From positions 1 to 64,000 of IMG/VR virus record IMGVR_UViG_3300020045_015898: a stretch of DNA of 64,000 bases; one strand, written 5' to 3'. Positions 38,059 to 47,949 of the stretch are shown in pieces (the first letter of the stretch is position 1; the number at the start of each line of letters is the position of its first letter). This DNA is from a virus. Lineage: Duplodnaviria > Heunggongvirae > Uroviricota > Caudoviricetes > Crassvirales. The translations under genes and the position numbers were made by a program. The notes under the pieces were generated by a model, which was not told the DNA's origin, did not search any database, and saw only the letters and a program-made list of their open reading frames with translations.

Positions 38059-38383
38059 GATGAAAGAAGGAGTATTAGCTACTCCAGAATTACTGCTATT
38101 ATATGGATTTATAGAACGTAAAGGTCCAGTAATAGATACTTACAGCATGAGTATAAGCAGAAATAAATTAGAATACAAAGAGGTTAGCGTTACATTAAGT
38201 TCTGGAAATCAATACATAATGGCAAGGCAAGGTGATTTAGAATCACCAAGACATAAAGACGACGTAATTACATTATATAATGGAGATTATGACGGAAAGC
38301 TTGAAATGATTAGATTAGATAACTTAATTTATGGCTTAACAGGGAAATGGTTAGAAGTCGTTGACTCAATAAAAAAGTGTTAA
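38027..38383 (+). CDS. hypothetical protein (118 aa)
   Basis: ORF. Confidence 0.3.
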   Translation: MAKKNLEKMSKMKEGVLATPELLLLYGFIERKGPVIDTYSMSISRNKLEYKEVSVTLSSGNQYIMARQGDLESPRHKDDVITLYNGDYDGKLEMIRLDNLIYGLTGKWLEVVDSIKKC

Positions 38384-38492
38384 CAATAAGAAATAGACGC
38401 TGGTAAAAGGCGATCAATCTTTCTCTATATACAGAGAATGGGCAGCAAGCTTTAGACACTTGCCTTCTTTGTAGAAATACAAAGTCGTATCA

Positions 38493-39062
38493 TTGGGAGC
38501 AATGAATTGTGCGGGAGGACGTAAAGTCCTTAATGAAAATAAACTAAATACTTTAAAAATGGGATTGTTTACAAAAAAGATTAAAGAAATTACACCGTTG
38601 GAGATGTTAGACGCAATTGACAAAAGTGTTAATGACATGGCCGGGGTAATCGTTTCTAGTGGAGACAAAAAAGTTCAAATGATTCACATGAGTGGAATTG
38701 AGCAAGAAGAAAATGACGGGAAAGGAAGGTGCTTGGCAGTTATAGGAAATCCTCAAGGACTAATTGACATGTTGTATTCTGCAAGTATGAAAGAAAAGAA
38801 CTTTGCTAGAATATTGTTTTCAGCAGCTCATTTACTTTCTAGTAAAAGTGAAGATATGGCTAAATTAAGAACAGAAGTTGCCATAGAAATTGAAGGACCT
38901 TGTACTTGCCCTGCGTGTCAAGCAGAAGCTAGAGGAGAAGTTGATTTAGGTCAAGGAGTTGGAATTAAAATTGGCGATATAGAAAAAATGACTCCTGAAC
39001 AAATGGACGAACTTGTAAAAGGAATTGTAAGTAACTCTATTGACAAAGCAAAACGAGGTTAG
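38493..39062 (+). CDS. hypothetical protein (189 aa) with CTCPAC motif
   Basis: ORF. Confidence 0.35.
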   Translation: MGAMNCAGGRKVLNENKLNTLKMGLFTKKIKEITPLEMLDAIDKSVNDMAGVIVSSGDKKVQMIHMSGIEQEENDGKGRCLAVIGNPQGLIDMLYSASMKEKNFARILFSAAHLLSSKSEDMAKLRTEVAIEIEGPCTCPACQAEARGEVDLGQGVGIKIGDIEKMTPEQMDELVKGIVSNSIDKAKRG

Positions 39063-40266
39063 AGAAAAGATTCAAGACAAATCATTTAAATTATCTCAAA
39101 ATAATAAAAATGTTGTATTGGAATGGGCAACAGGCGCAGGAAAGACCTTTGCCGCAGTTAAGATAATTGACGGCATAATTAAAGATTATCCAGATGCTAA
39201 AGGTTATTTATTTTGCAAAGAAAGCAATCACAAAAAGAATTGGGTTAACGACATAAAGCTTCATAAGATGGAGCATATTTTGAAAAATGTTAACACAATT
39301 CTTTATTCTTCTGTAAAGAAATTAACAAATAAAGCAGATTTTATAATCTTTGACGAATGTCACGCACTTACTGATAGACGGGTTGCTTCAATTCAAAGAT
39401 TAATTGGACCAGATACAAAATTAATATTTTTATCTGCTACCATACCGGAAGACAAAAAAAAATTAATATCACTATTATCTAAAAGAAAATTAGTGTATTA
39501 CTCAATAACGTTAATGGATGCAATTAATCTTGGATTGTTGCCAGAACCTAAAGTTATCATTCATAGTATTGATTTACTTAATGATGGCAATAGGATTTAC
39601 GAATTTAAAATGAGCAAGGGGCTTAAACCTAAATCTGTAATAAAAACAGTGGTTTATAATGAGCGCTGGAAAATGCTTAATAGTTATGAACACATAAGAT
39701 TAAACGTACTGTGTAATCAGCAAGAATACTATGCTTATTTAAATGAACAAATGAATTATTTAAATGAAAAAAAGTTGACGGCTACTTATATGGAAAGAAT
39801 ACAATTATCTAATAAGTTCATGAATCTAGCATCTTCAAGAAAAAAATTTATATCTTCAGTCAAAACAGAAAAAGCTAAAGAAATAATACAATCTTTTAAA
39901 GGATTTAGACACGTATGTTTCACTGGATCTATTGAACAGTCATTAGAACTAGGAGGAGGAAGTAGCGTTAACTCTAATAATCATAAGAAAGTTAATGAAG
40001 ATCTTATTGATGGATTTAATAGCAAAATGTACTCTATGTTATTTGCTGTTAGTATGTTAAGAGAAGGAATGAATCTTACTGAAATAGAAAAAGGATTAAT
40101 TGTTCAACTAGACAGCACTGTTGGATCTTATTTTCAAATGTTAGGTAGAATGTTGCGTCATAAGTTTCCTGAAGTTCATCTAATTAAACTAAGAAACACT
40201 CAAGATGAAAAATATTTTGAGAGAGCATTAGTTGATTTTGACGAAAAATTCATAGAAAACAGATAA
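39040..40266 (+). CDS. superfamily-2 DEAD/DEAH-box helicase
   Basis: motif I WATGAGKT, motif II IIFDECHAL, C-terminal QxxGRxxR-like (QMLGRMLRH). Confidence 0.6.
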   Translation: MTKQNEVREKIQDKSFKLSQNNKNVVLEWATGAGKTFAAVKIIDGIIKDYPDAKGYLFCKESNHKKNWVNDIKLHKMEHILKNVNTILYSSVKKLTNKADFIIFDECHALTDRRVASIQRLIGPDTKLIFLSATIPEDKKKLISLLSKRKLVYYSITLMDAINLGLLPEPKVIIHSIDLLNDGNRIYEFKMSKGLKPKSVIKTVVYNERWKMLNSYEHIRLNVLCNQQEYYAYLNEQMNYLNEKKLTATYMERIQLSNKFMNLASSRKKFISSVKTEKAKEIIQSFKGFRHVCFTGSIEQSLELGGGSSVNSNNHKKVNEDLIDGFNSKMYSMLFAVSMLREGMNLTEIEKGLIVQLDSTVGSYFQMLGRMLRHKFPEVHLIKLRNTQDEKYFERALVDFDEKFIENR

Positions 40267-40267
40267 A

Positions 40268-40822
40268 ATGACAGATATTAGAATAGACTTTGAACTTCTT
40301 AAGAAGTTTAAAATTAACATCAATGAGTATTTAATACTTTATGATGTCGCTAATGAACACTCCATATCGGGAGTATTTAATTATACTGCTCAAGAACTTG
40401 TTGTATTAGAAAAAAAAGCAATGATTAAACTAACAGAAGAAGGTATTTTTCTAAGGGGAAAATCAGCTGAATTATTTTCTGATAAAGAAGATTATTTTGC
40501 AATGTGGTTAGACGCTTATCCAACTATGGTTAAAAAAAATGCCGGAGGAAGTAGAAGCTTAAGTCCATCATCTGCAGACACAATTCTTGGAGCGAAATTA
40601 AGAACTAAATGGAACTTAATGTTTCGAAAAAACATAGAGAAGCAAAAAAGAGCTATTGAGGTATTGAAAGCTGAAGTTGCAGACAAGAAAAAGTCTGGTG
40701 ATTTAGAATATATGGTTGAGGCTGCTAGATGGCTTAACGAAGGATTTCATGAAAAATTTGAACATCTAATATCCGAGGAAAAAGAAGTTGATAACAACTA
40801 TTCAAGTGAGGATTGGTTATAA
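40268..40822 (+). CDS. hypothetical protein (184 aa)
   Basis: ORF between two helicases. Confidence 0.3.
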   Translation: MTDIRIDFELLKKFKININEYLILYDVANEHSISGVFNYTAQELVVLEKKAMIKLTEEGIFLRGKSAELFSDKEDYFAMWLDAYPTMVKKNAGGSRSLSPSSADTILGAKLRTKWNLMFRKNIEKQKRAIEVLKAEVADKKKSGDLEYMVEAARWLNEGFHEKFEHLISEEKEVDNNYSSEDWL

Positions 40823-40827
40823 TGTAA

Positions 40828-42042
40828 GTGAAAATGACAGGAAAGAGAGAAGATGGGAAGGTATTCCAAAGAATTGAAGAAATAAAACAAATTAAAGCTG
40901 ACAAGGAAAGTGGGAGGATATTTTGTATTCCCTTCGAATCTTATCCTAAATTAGCAGCTTCAGTTCCCGGAATAGTACCGGGAATGATAACAATGATTAC
41001 TGCAGGGTCAGGAGTTGGTAAAACCCAAGTTACTAAAGCATTAGCCGTAAGAGAACCATTAGAATACGCTAGAAGAAATAATATTAAATTAAAGATATTC
41101 TACTTTGCACTTGAGGAAAGCAAGCAAGAATTCATAGATACAATGATTTGTAATTATGTTTCAAGCAAAGGAATCAAGTTAGACCTACTTACTTTGCAAG
41201 GTTTTAGAGTGAATGCTTTAGAAGAATCATCAATGAAAGCAATAGAGACTCATCTTGACGATATTGAAGAATTGCTGGAATCTGTTGAAATTATAGATTC
41301 AGTTTATAATGCAACTGGTATTTATAAATATTGTAGAGATTATGCAGATAAAAATGGCAGGCATGTTTATGAAGAAAGGGAATTTATTAAAAAAAAGAAT
41401 GATGGAACTACTGAGACTGAAACAGTTAAAGTATATTCTCATTATGAAGCCAATGACCCGCACGCCATTACCATTGTGGTTGTTGACCACTTAAGTTTAC
41501 TTGTTCCTGAAAAAGACAAAGGAACTGGAAATATGATGAGTCAACATCAAACTATGGCAAAATGGAGCACTGATTATGCGTTAAAACAATTAACTAAGCA
41601 CTGGAATTGGGCAGTAGTTAATGTTATTCAGCAAGAACAATCAGGAGAGAAAGAACAATTTACTAACAAAGGCGATAGTATCGTTAAAAAAACAGAACCT
41701 GCATTAAGTAATTTCGCAAACAACAAGGAGATTCAAAGAGACGCTAAAATCGTATTAGGAGTTTATTCTCCGGATAGATATGGATTTGAAGACTATCATG
41801 ATTACGATATCAAAAGATTTAGAGATTCATTTAGAGCAATAAAAGTGCTTAAAAATAGATTTGGACCACCAAATAAATATGTTCACATGTTATTTGACGG
41901 GGCATCAAATAGATTTGACGAATTACCTTTGCCAAATGAATCACAGAAGTTGATTAAGTTTTATGAAGCTGCAGATAAGCTTCTTGGCAGAACTGGCGCT
42001 CCAGTTAAAAAATTAGGAATTAGTACAGGATTCGGAAGTTAA
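40828..42042 (+). CDS. DnaB-like replicative helicase / RecA-fold ATPase
   Basis: Walker A ITAGSGVGKT, Walker B IVVVDHLSLL, QQ..S motif (VIQQEQS) typical of DnaB C-terminal domain. Confidence 0.5.
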   Translation: MKMTGKREDGKVFQRIEEIKQIKADKESGRIFCIPFESYPKLAASVPGIVPGMITMITAGSGVGKTQVTKALAVREPLEYARRNNIKLKIFYFALEESKQEFIDTMICNYVSSKGIKLDLLTLQGFRVNALEESSMKAIETHLDDIEELLESVEIIDSVYNATGIYKYCRDYADKNGRHVYEEREFIKKKNDGTTETETVKVYSHYEANDPHAITIVVVDHLSLLVPEKDKGTGNMMSQHQTMAKWSTDYALKQLTKHWNWAVVNVIQQEQSGEKEQFTNKGDSIVKKTEPALSNFANNKEIQRDAKIVLGVYSPDRYGFEDYHDYDIKRFRDSFRAIKVLKNRFGPPNKYVHMLFDGASNRFDELPLPNESQKLIKFYEAADKLLGRTGAPVKKLGISTGFGS

Positions 42043-42044
42043 TT

Positions 42045-42299
42045 ATGGAAAGTGAAGTTTCAAAATTAAAACTAAAATCTAGGTCAGAATTCATTGAATT
42101 TAAATGCTTCAAAACTTCTCAGGAAGGAAGCTCTAAAAGAATTAAAATAAGTTCAATTGAAGAATACTACATTTGCTCAAAAGGCAGATTGACAATTTTT
42201 CATTCAGGACGTAAGTCTATGTTTGAATATAAAGATCCGGTAATGACGGAGAAACTACTAGACAAAATTGATTCCCTTTTTAATATAAAATCGGTATGA
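42045..42299 (+). CDS. hypothetical protein (84 aa)
   Basis: ORF. Confidence 0.3.
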   Translation: MESEVSKLKLKSRSEFIEFKCFKTSQEGSSKRIKISSIEEYYICSKGRLTIFHSGRKSMFEYKDPVMTEKLLDKIDSLFNIKSV

Positions 42300-42432
42300 A
42301 AATATATTGTTTTGCAGTAATGGATGGATTTCACAATCCTCCAATAATGTATTTGATAGGAAAAAAAAATCTTGTTGATGCAGAAAAAAAAAGAATTAAA
42401 GTTTTTAAAAAACAATTAAAAAAGAAAGAAGT

Positions 42433-42651
42433 ATGAAATCTATATTGTTTTGGTCATACAGAGACGGAATGGATGGATCACACATCGTTAAACTACATTC
42501 AAAAAAAGAAGAAGCACTTAAAGAGCTTAGTAGAACTGAAGAAGAGTTGCAAAATGGAAACATTTATGATGACGGATCATTTGGTGAAATTGAAGTAGAA
42601 TTAGATGAAAATGGAAAGTTAGTGAGTGAAGTTAATATTTACATAGAGTAA
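42433..42651 (+). CDS. hypothetical protein (72 aa)
   Basis: ORF. Confidence 0.3.
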   Translation: MKSILFWSYRDGMDGSHIVKLHSKKEEALKELSRTEEELQNGNIYDDGSFGEIEVELDENGKLVSEVNIYIE

Positions 42652-42670
42652 ATTTAAAAAAAAAAAAAGA

Positions 42671-43087
42671 ATGAGTGATAAATCACACACAGGAATGGGC
42701 TTTTTAGTTTGCCCAGTAACAGGAAATAAACATTCTGAATCTGTTTTATTGGACAAAAACCTTAAAGAAAGTCTTGAAAGAGAAAACTTTATGGGTTATG
42801 CTTATTGTCCTGAAGTAGCAGAAAAAATTGCAGAAGGATATGTTTGCCTTATTGAAATTAAGAATCAACCTTCAGGTCCAGGACTAGAAAAAGTTAGCTT
42901 AAGAGATGCTGACAGAACTGGAGTTTATTGCTTTATTAAATCAGAACTTGCTAGAGACATGTTTGGCATAAAAGGAGATGTTGAAGAGATTCAATTCGTT
43001 TCTCCTGAAGTTGTCGAATTCTTGTCAAATATTAAGGCAAAAAATGAAGGTACAGATGAACCAGCTGCCGAAGAGTCAAAGGTTTAA
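42671..43087 (+). CDS. hypothetical protein (138 aa)
   Basis: ORF. Confidence 0.35.
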   Translation: MSDKSHTGMGFLVCPVTGNKHSESVLLDKNLKESLERENFMGYAYCPEVAEKIAEGYVCLIEIKNQPSGPGLEKVSLRDADRTGVYCFIKSELARDMFGIKGDVEEIQFVSPEVVEFLSNIKAKNEGTDEPAAEESKV

Positions 43088-43370
43088 TGTAGATAAGATT
43101 AAATGGACATTAGTTCATTTCAAATCTATCGAATGCATGGTAGAAGTACTAATGTTTGGAGCAAAAAAATACGCTCCGGATAATTGGAAAATAGGTCTTG
43201 ATTTAAAAGAAATTCAAGACAGCATGCAAAGACACTTAGCGTCATTAATTGACGGAGAAATTAAGGATCCTGAATCCGGATTATACCACGTTGGACATGT
43301 TATGTGTAATTGCATGTTTTGGATGTATCACTATACTAAAAATAAAAGTAATGCTGAAGAAAAGGCTTGA
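43041..43370 (+). CDS. dATP/dGTP pyrophosphohydrolase-like (MazG-related) domain protein
   Basis: KWTLVHFKSIECMVEVLMFGAKKYAPDNWKIG...RHLASLIDGE..DPESG..HVGHVMCNCMF matches the conserved GAxKY..NW...RH...DE.H.GH pattern of this phage family; start uncertain, overlaps upstream ORF. Confidence 0.4.
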   Translation, partial: KMKVQMNQLPKSQRFNVDKIKWTLVHFKSIECMVEVLMFGAKKYAPDNWKIGLDLKEIQDSMQRHLASLIDGEIKDPESGLYHVGHVMCNCMFWMYHYTKNKSNAEEKA

Positions 43371-43605
43371 AAATAAAGGAGCATTCCTTTCTATTAAAAA
43401 TGGATTTTTAGCTAACAAACCTGGACTGGTGTTTTTATGTATAAAAAATGTCATAATGACTGTTACAGGAGACATTGCTTACACTAAAGGTAATTCATAC
43501 GTTTCAGAAAAAGAAGGATGTATCACCGACAACAATGGATCTGTTAATCACGGAACTCCAATTGAATTTCTCATGGAGTATTTCAAGGTAAAAAATTATA
43601 AATAA
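43351..43605 (+). CDS. hypothetical protein (about 84 aa from internal Met of ORF 43249-43605)
   Basis: ORF, overlaps 43041-43370 in other frame upstream of this start. Confidence 0.3.
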   Translation: MLKKRLENKGAFLSIKNGFLANKPGLVFLCIKNVIMTVTGDIAYTKGNSYVSEKEGCITDNNGSVNHGTPIEFLMEYFKVKNYK

Positions 43606-43616
43606 AAAAAACAAAG

Positions 43617-43862
43617 ATGAAAAAATTAATCAGATTTTTGTTTGGCAATACTCCAAACAGCTTGTACATTAAGTCTACAAAGGCTTTAAGCGCTTTCAAT
43701 GAGACTTTAGATACATTGAGAAGTATTAATGATAAAGCAAATGAAGAAACTTCTAAAAAGGCTATTGAAATTGCCAAAATTGAAGAAGATATTGCTTTAT
43801 TGGCATCTATCAAAGTAAACAATGACAAAATCATTGCAAACATTGAAAAGATTCTTAGTTAA
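43617..43862 (+). CDS. hypothetical protein (81 aa)
   Basis: ORF. Confidence 0.3.
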   Translation: MKKLIRFLFGNTPNSLYIKSTKALSAFNETLDTLRSINDKANEETSKKAIEIAKIEEDIALLASIKVNNDKIIANIEKILS

Positions 43863-44539
43863 TGAATGTTGAATTAATTTCCAAAAGTGTTGGCGTAAAC
43901 AGTTACGTCAACCTTGATGGAGCTCAAATTATCGCGGCAGTTGCAAGGCACGGAACAATTAAAGATGACAATGGAAAGCTAATTGCTTTTTTAATGAAGC
44001 ATAAACATTGGTCGCCATTGCAGCACATTTTCTTTGGATTTAAAGTAACTACAAGTAGAGCAATATCTGCTCAAATTTTTAGACACAGATCTCTTAACTT
44101 TCAAGAAACATCTCAGAGATATGAAGAAATTCCATCTCATGAAAACATTGAGTTAAGAATGGAACATCCGACTAATCGCCAGAGTAGTACTGATATTTTT
44201 AACCCAATGATTAATATTGATTCTCCAGTAGAAAAGTTTGAGATTGAAGCTCAAAATGCTATACAATTATACTTGGAAGAAGGACAAAGATTATATAAGT
44301 CATTAATTGAGGCAGGAGTCGCAAAAGAATGTGCTCGAATGATTCTACCTATGTCTAGTACAACTACTATTCATATAAGTGGAACATTAAGAGATTTATT
44401 AGGATTCTTAAATGTTAGAGCTGATAAGCACACACAGAAAGAATGTCGTGATATTGCATTAGCAATAGGCGCGGAAATTGAAAAAGAATTGCCTCAAATG
44501 TTTAAAGACATTGAATGGCAAGAAGGAATGTTTATGTAA
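43862..44539 (+). CDS. thyX: flavin-dependent thymidylate synthase ThyX
   Basis: ThyX signature RHRSLNFQETSQRY (RHRx7-8S) plus QHIFFGFKVT upstream; 225 aa. Confidence 0.8.
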   Translation: MNVELISKSVGVNSYVNLDGAQIIAAVARHGTIKDDNGKLIAFLMKHKHWSPLQHIFFGFKVTTSRAISAQIFRHRSLNFQETSQRYEEIPSHENIELRMEHPTNRQSSTDIFNPMINIDSPVEKFEIEAQNAIQLYLEEGQRLYKSLIEAGVAKECARMILPMSSTTTIHISGTLRDLLGFLNVRADKHTQKECRDIALAIGAEIEKELPQMFKDIEWQEGMFM

Positions 44540-44556
44540 ACTTTAAATAAATAAAA

Positions 44557-44853
44557 ATGAGTGAAGATCTTTTAAAAAAGAAAAAGCCGCCGGAAATTAG
44601 TCAAATTCCAAATTTTAAACATGATGATAAAGACATCACAAATGCAATTGGAATCCCGGGATTAGTTCAAAGTGTATCAATAAAAATGAACAAAATGCTT
44701 GTAGAAGAATCTATAACTTCTCCTTCAAAAGCAGTTGAGTATTTTTACAACAACTTTAGTTTAATTGAATTGTCTTTTATGGCAATGCATTCACTAGGTG
44801 GTACAAAAAGGAAGAAAGAAGAAGATGTAGTTCCATTTGAAGAAGTAATTTAA
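44557..44853 (+). CDS. hypothetical protein (98 aa)
   Basis: ORF. Confidence 0.3.
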   Translation: MSEDLLKKKKPPEISQIPNFKHDDKDITNAIGIPGLVQSVSIKMNKMLVEESITSPSKAVEYFYNNFSLIELSFMAMHSLGGTKRKKEEDVVPFEEVI

Positions 44854-44864
44854 TAAAAAGCAAA

Positions 44865-45626
44865 ATGATATTACCAAAAAAGAAAAGGCCTGCTATTAGA
44901 GTTGATCCTAAAAGATTATTATTGTTTGGTCCACCTAAAATAGGAAAAACAACAATTGTATCTGCATTGGAAGATTCATTAATAGTAGATATGGAAGAAG
45001 GATCAGACTATGTGGAAGCAGCAGTCGCAAAGGTAAGAAATCTAGCAGAATTTGGAGAGCTTATTAAAGCCTTGAAAGAGGACAAAGAAGCAAACAATGG
45101 AAGAAAGCCTTACAAATATATCACTCTTGATACGTTGTCGGCACTAGAGGATTTAGCATGTCAATTGGCTGTTAAAGATTACAAAAAGTCTCCTATGGGA
45201 GCAAATTACACCGGAACAGATGTAAGAACATTACCTAATGGAGCAGGATATGCTTGGACAAGACCAGCATTTGAAAGAATGTTAAAATCTTTCGAGCCAT
45301 TCTGTGAAACATTAATAATGATTGGACATATTAAAGAAAAAGATTTCACTAAGAATGGAGAAACACTTACTGAAAAGTCTATTAATCTTACCGGTAAAAC
45401 TAAAGATAGTATTTGCGCATGGGCAGATAGCATTGGGTTAGTATTCAGGGATGAAAACAAAACAATGATTGATTTCATGCCATCTGAAAGTCTTTTAGTT
45501 GGAAGCAGACAAGTTCACTTACGAGGAGCAAAAGTTTGTATCGCAACAAGCGATGAAAAAAATAACATCACTATTGATTGGACAACAGTATTTGTTGAAG
45601 GAGCAAGAACAGATGTACAAGAGTAA
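44865..45626 (+). CDS. RecA-fold ATPase, Sak4-like single-strand annealing/recombination ATPase
   Basis: Walker A LLLFGPPKIGKTT near N-terminus, about 250 aa, hhhhD (ITLDT) Walker B; within recombination module. Confidence 0.45.
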   Translation: MILPKKKRPAIRVDPKRLLLFGPPKIGKTTIVSALEDSLIVDMEEGSDYVEAAVAKVRNLAEFGELIKALKEDKEANNGRKPYKYITLDTLSALEDLACQLAVKDYKKSPMGANYTGTDVRTLPNGAGYAWTRPAFERMLKSFEPFCETLIMIGHIKEKDFTKNGETLTEKSINLTGKTKDSICAWADSIGLVFRDENKTMIDFMPSESLLVGSRQVHLRGAKVCIATSDEKNNITIDWTTVFVEGARTDVQE

Positions 45627-45661
45627 AATAAAATAAAAACAAATTAAATTAAAAAATTATT

Positions 45662-46363
45662 ATGAATATAGTATTCGGAACGATTAAAAAAGCAGGTAGA
45701 GACTTTACGTCAAATGAGAAATATGCTGGAAAAGCTGTAATTACAGTTGAAGGTGTTAAAGGAGAAGGTAAATCAAGAAGAGTGTTATTTAATGCTACTG
45801 CTATGGAATTATTAAAAATTCCTGCTGGAGCGCAACAAAATGTAATTTTTGGCTTTGTTGAGGCTGATGATTTAATTAATAGAAGATTACTTGTTGCAAA
45901 TGCAGATTTACTTCCTGGAAAAGAAGCAACTGTAGTTTACAATGTTTCTAAAAACAAAGTTTCTTACGAAGATAGCAAAGAAAAAGGTAAAGCTATCGCA
46001 AGTTCTGCATTACACAAAGAAATTAACGGATTCTTAGAAGTTGATGAAAATTCTACTCACGAGTATTCTTTAGTTTTCTTTGGAGAAGAAGCAGGATTGG
46101 ATCTTTATGAATTAGTAAAGCTTAATCTTGAAGAAGACGGAAAATCTATCAATGATTTAGTTTCTAATCCTTTGTCTTACAACGGATATCAGCAAGCTGA
46201 TTTAATGGAAGCTTCATTAGATAACGAACCGGTTAAAGCTTCTGATCTTAATGAAAGCATCAAAGAAGAAGAAGAAGTTTATTCTCCAGATACAGACAAA
46301 GAAGAATTTGGTGGCGAATCTTCTGTAGAAATAGGAAACGACTGGGAAGTTGCTACTGAGTAA
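45662..46363 (+). CDS. hypothetical protein with acidic C-terminal tail (possible ssDNA-binding partner)
   Basis: C-terminal 60 aa D/E-rich ending DWEVATE; located after RecA-like gene. Confidence 0.3.
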   Translation: MNIVFGTIKKAGRDFTSNEKYAGKAVITVEGVKGEGKSRRVLFNATAMELLKIPAGAQQNVIFGFVEADDLINRRLLVANADLLPGKEATVVYNVSKNKVSYEDSKEKGKAIASSALHKEINGFLEVDENSTHEYSLVFFGEEAGLDLYELVKLNLEEDGKSINDLVSNPLSYNGYQQADLMEASLDNEPVKASDLNESIKEEEEVYSPDTDKEEFGGESSVEIGNDWEVATE

Positions 46364-46415
46364 TCAAGGCTAACAAGTAAAAAAATTATTAAGTCACAAA
46401 AAAAAACAAAATATT

Positions 46416-47315
46416 ATGTCATCATTTGGAAAAAGTATTGAAGTAAAAGAAGGAGCAGCAAGAGTATATTACACAGGAGTCAATAATTTCGATGTAATTG
46501 CAGTAAATCCTACTAAAGAGGAATTAAGTAAAATCTACGGACGAGACGTAGATTATGATCCTGAATACGTAGGAACAACAAATATATCAGATGCAGCTGG
46601 AGAAAGAGAAGTTAATCAAGTAAGAATTGATTTTTATTTGAGAAATGAAGCAGACAAAGTAAATGTTAAAGCTTCATTTTATATGGCAGATACTTATCAT
46701 AAATCAGCTACAGGTAAGCTAAAAGTAATTAATGATTTCGGAAACACTACATGGTTAACTGAGACTGATGTAAAAGGTGGTAATGCTCCTGAAAATATGT
46801 CTTGGTATAACATGAGTGGAGTAAAAGTAGCCAAGAGAGGTGAAGAAGAAATTATTGATTTCTTGAAAAATTTACTAAACTTACCTATTGATTTAAGTAA
46901 GTTGACAGATTTGTCTGAAGCTCACGCTAAGTTTCCTAAAGAAGTTTTAGCTTCAATGTTTAAAGGAGATGTTTCTTTATTGAAACAAATAATCGACTCT
47001 AGTAACAACAAACTTGGAATGTTATTAGGTGTTAAAACTAATGCTGAAGGTAAAATCATGCAAGCAGTTTACACTAGAAAAACATTAAGACAATATGTGT
47101 TGCACAGTAATAAAGCAGACAAGTTTAAATACTTGTCTAAAGATTTGAGCGATGCTAAAGCTAATGGAGCTTATGGAAACGTAGATTTCGGAAACGATGA
47201 TTTAGTTTTCAGGGAGTTTATTATAACTCCAACTGAAATTAATCCAAACAATTTGCCTGCATCAGAAGATGTATTTTCAGGTTCAGAACCAGAGGAAGAA
47301 GATTGGTTAGGATAG
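46416..47315 (+). CDS. hypothetical protein (299 aa) with acidic C-terminus (PEEEDWLG)
   Basis: ORF; hairpin GGGGG/CCCCC immediately downstream. Confidence 0.35.
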   Translation: MSSFGKSIEVKEGAARVYYTGVNNFDVIAVNPTKEELSKIYGRDVDYDPEYVGTTNISDAAGEREVNQVRIDFYLRNEADKVNVKASFYMADTYHKSATGKLKVINDFGNTTWLTETDVKGGNAPENMSWYNMSGVKVAKRGEEEIIDFLKNLLNLPIDLSKLTDLSEAHAKFPKEVLASMFKGDVSLLKQIIDSSNNKLGMLLGVKTNAEGKIMQAVYTRKTLRQYVLHSNKADKFKYLSKDLSDAKANGAYGNVDFGNDDLVFREFIITPTEINPNNLPASEDVFSGSEPEEEDWLG

Positions 47316-47353
47316 TATTAATGGGGGAGAAATCCCCCAATAATATAACTTAA

Positions 47354-47635
47354 ATGTTAAAAAAAAGAAAAGAAAACAAGTTGTTCTTTTTAGAAAACTT
47401 GATTTTAACATACAATGAAGATAAGATCAAAAGAAATCTAACAAGATTATATCCAATTGGTTGTTTTGTTGATCAATCTACTGCTTATGGAGGTTTTGGA
47501 TCTAAAAGAATTAAAATTGTTAATAATGATGTGTTGTTAAATGTAAATTCTGAAGACAAATCAGTTAATATTACAATTGGAAATACAGGAATATGGAGTT
47601 CTATATATAAAAAATTAGCTAAAAAAGTAATATGA
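47354..47635 (+). CDS. hypothetical protein (93 aa)
   Basis: ORF. Confidence 0.3.
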   Translation: MLKKRKENKLFFLENLILTYNEDKIKRNLTRLYPIGCFVDQSTAYGGFGSKRIKIVNNDVLLNVNSEDKSVNITIGNTGIWSSIYKKLAKKVI

Positions 47636-47949
47636 TGTTTAAAAAAAAACAAGAAAACACTAAATTCTCTGAAGAAGCCTCATTATTAATCCAGTTCTTA
47701 CACTTACAAACAGACGAGTTTATAACAAAATTTATTCAAGATAAGTATAAAACAGGGCAAAACGTAAGTGTTGCGTCTACAGGAACAGCAGGTGGCCTTA
47801 GAGTTAAAATTCACGACCACAGAGTAGACATTGTAAGATCCCCTCTTAGTACTAAAATATACATTGGAACAGCAAAAGTATGGGACAATGAAGTTACAAA
47901 AAACAGTAATTATCAAGGTAAATCTAGACTTGCTAAAATTGTACCATAA
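47632..47949 (+). CDS. hypothetical protein (105 aa)
   Basis: ORF. Confidence 0.3.
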   Translation: MMFKKKQENTKFSEEASLLIQFLHLQTDEFITKFIQDKYKTGQNVSVASTGTAGGLRVKIHDHRVDIVRSPLSTKIYIGTAKVWDNEVTKNSNYQGKSRLAKIVP

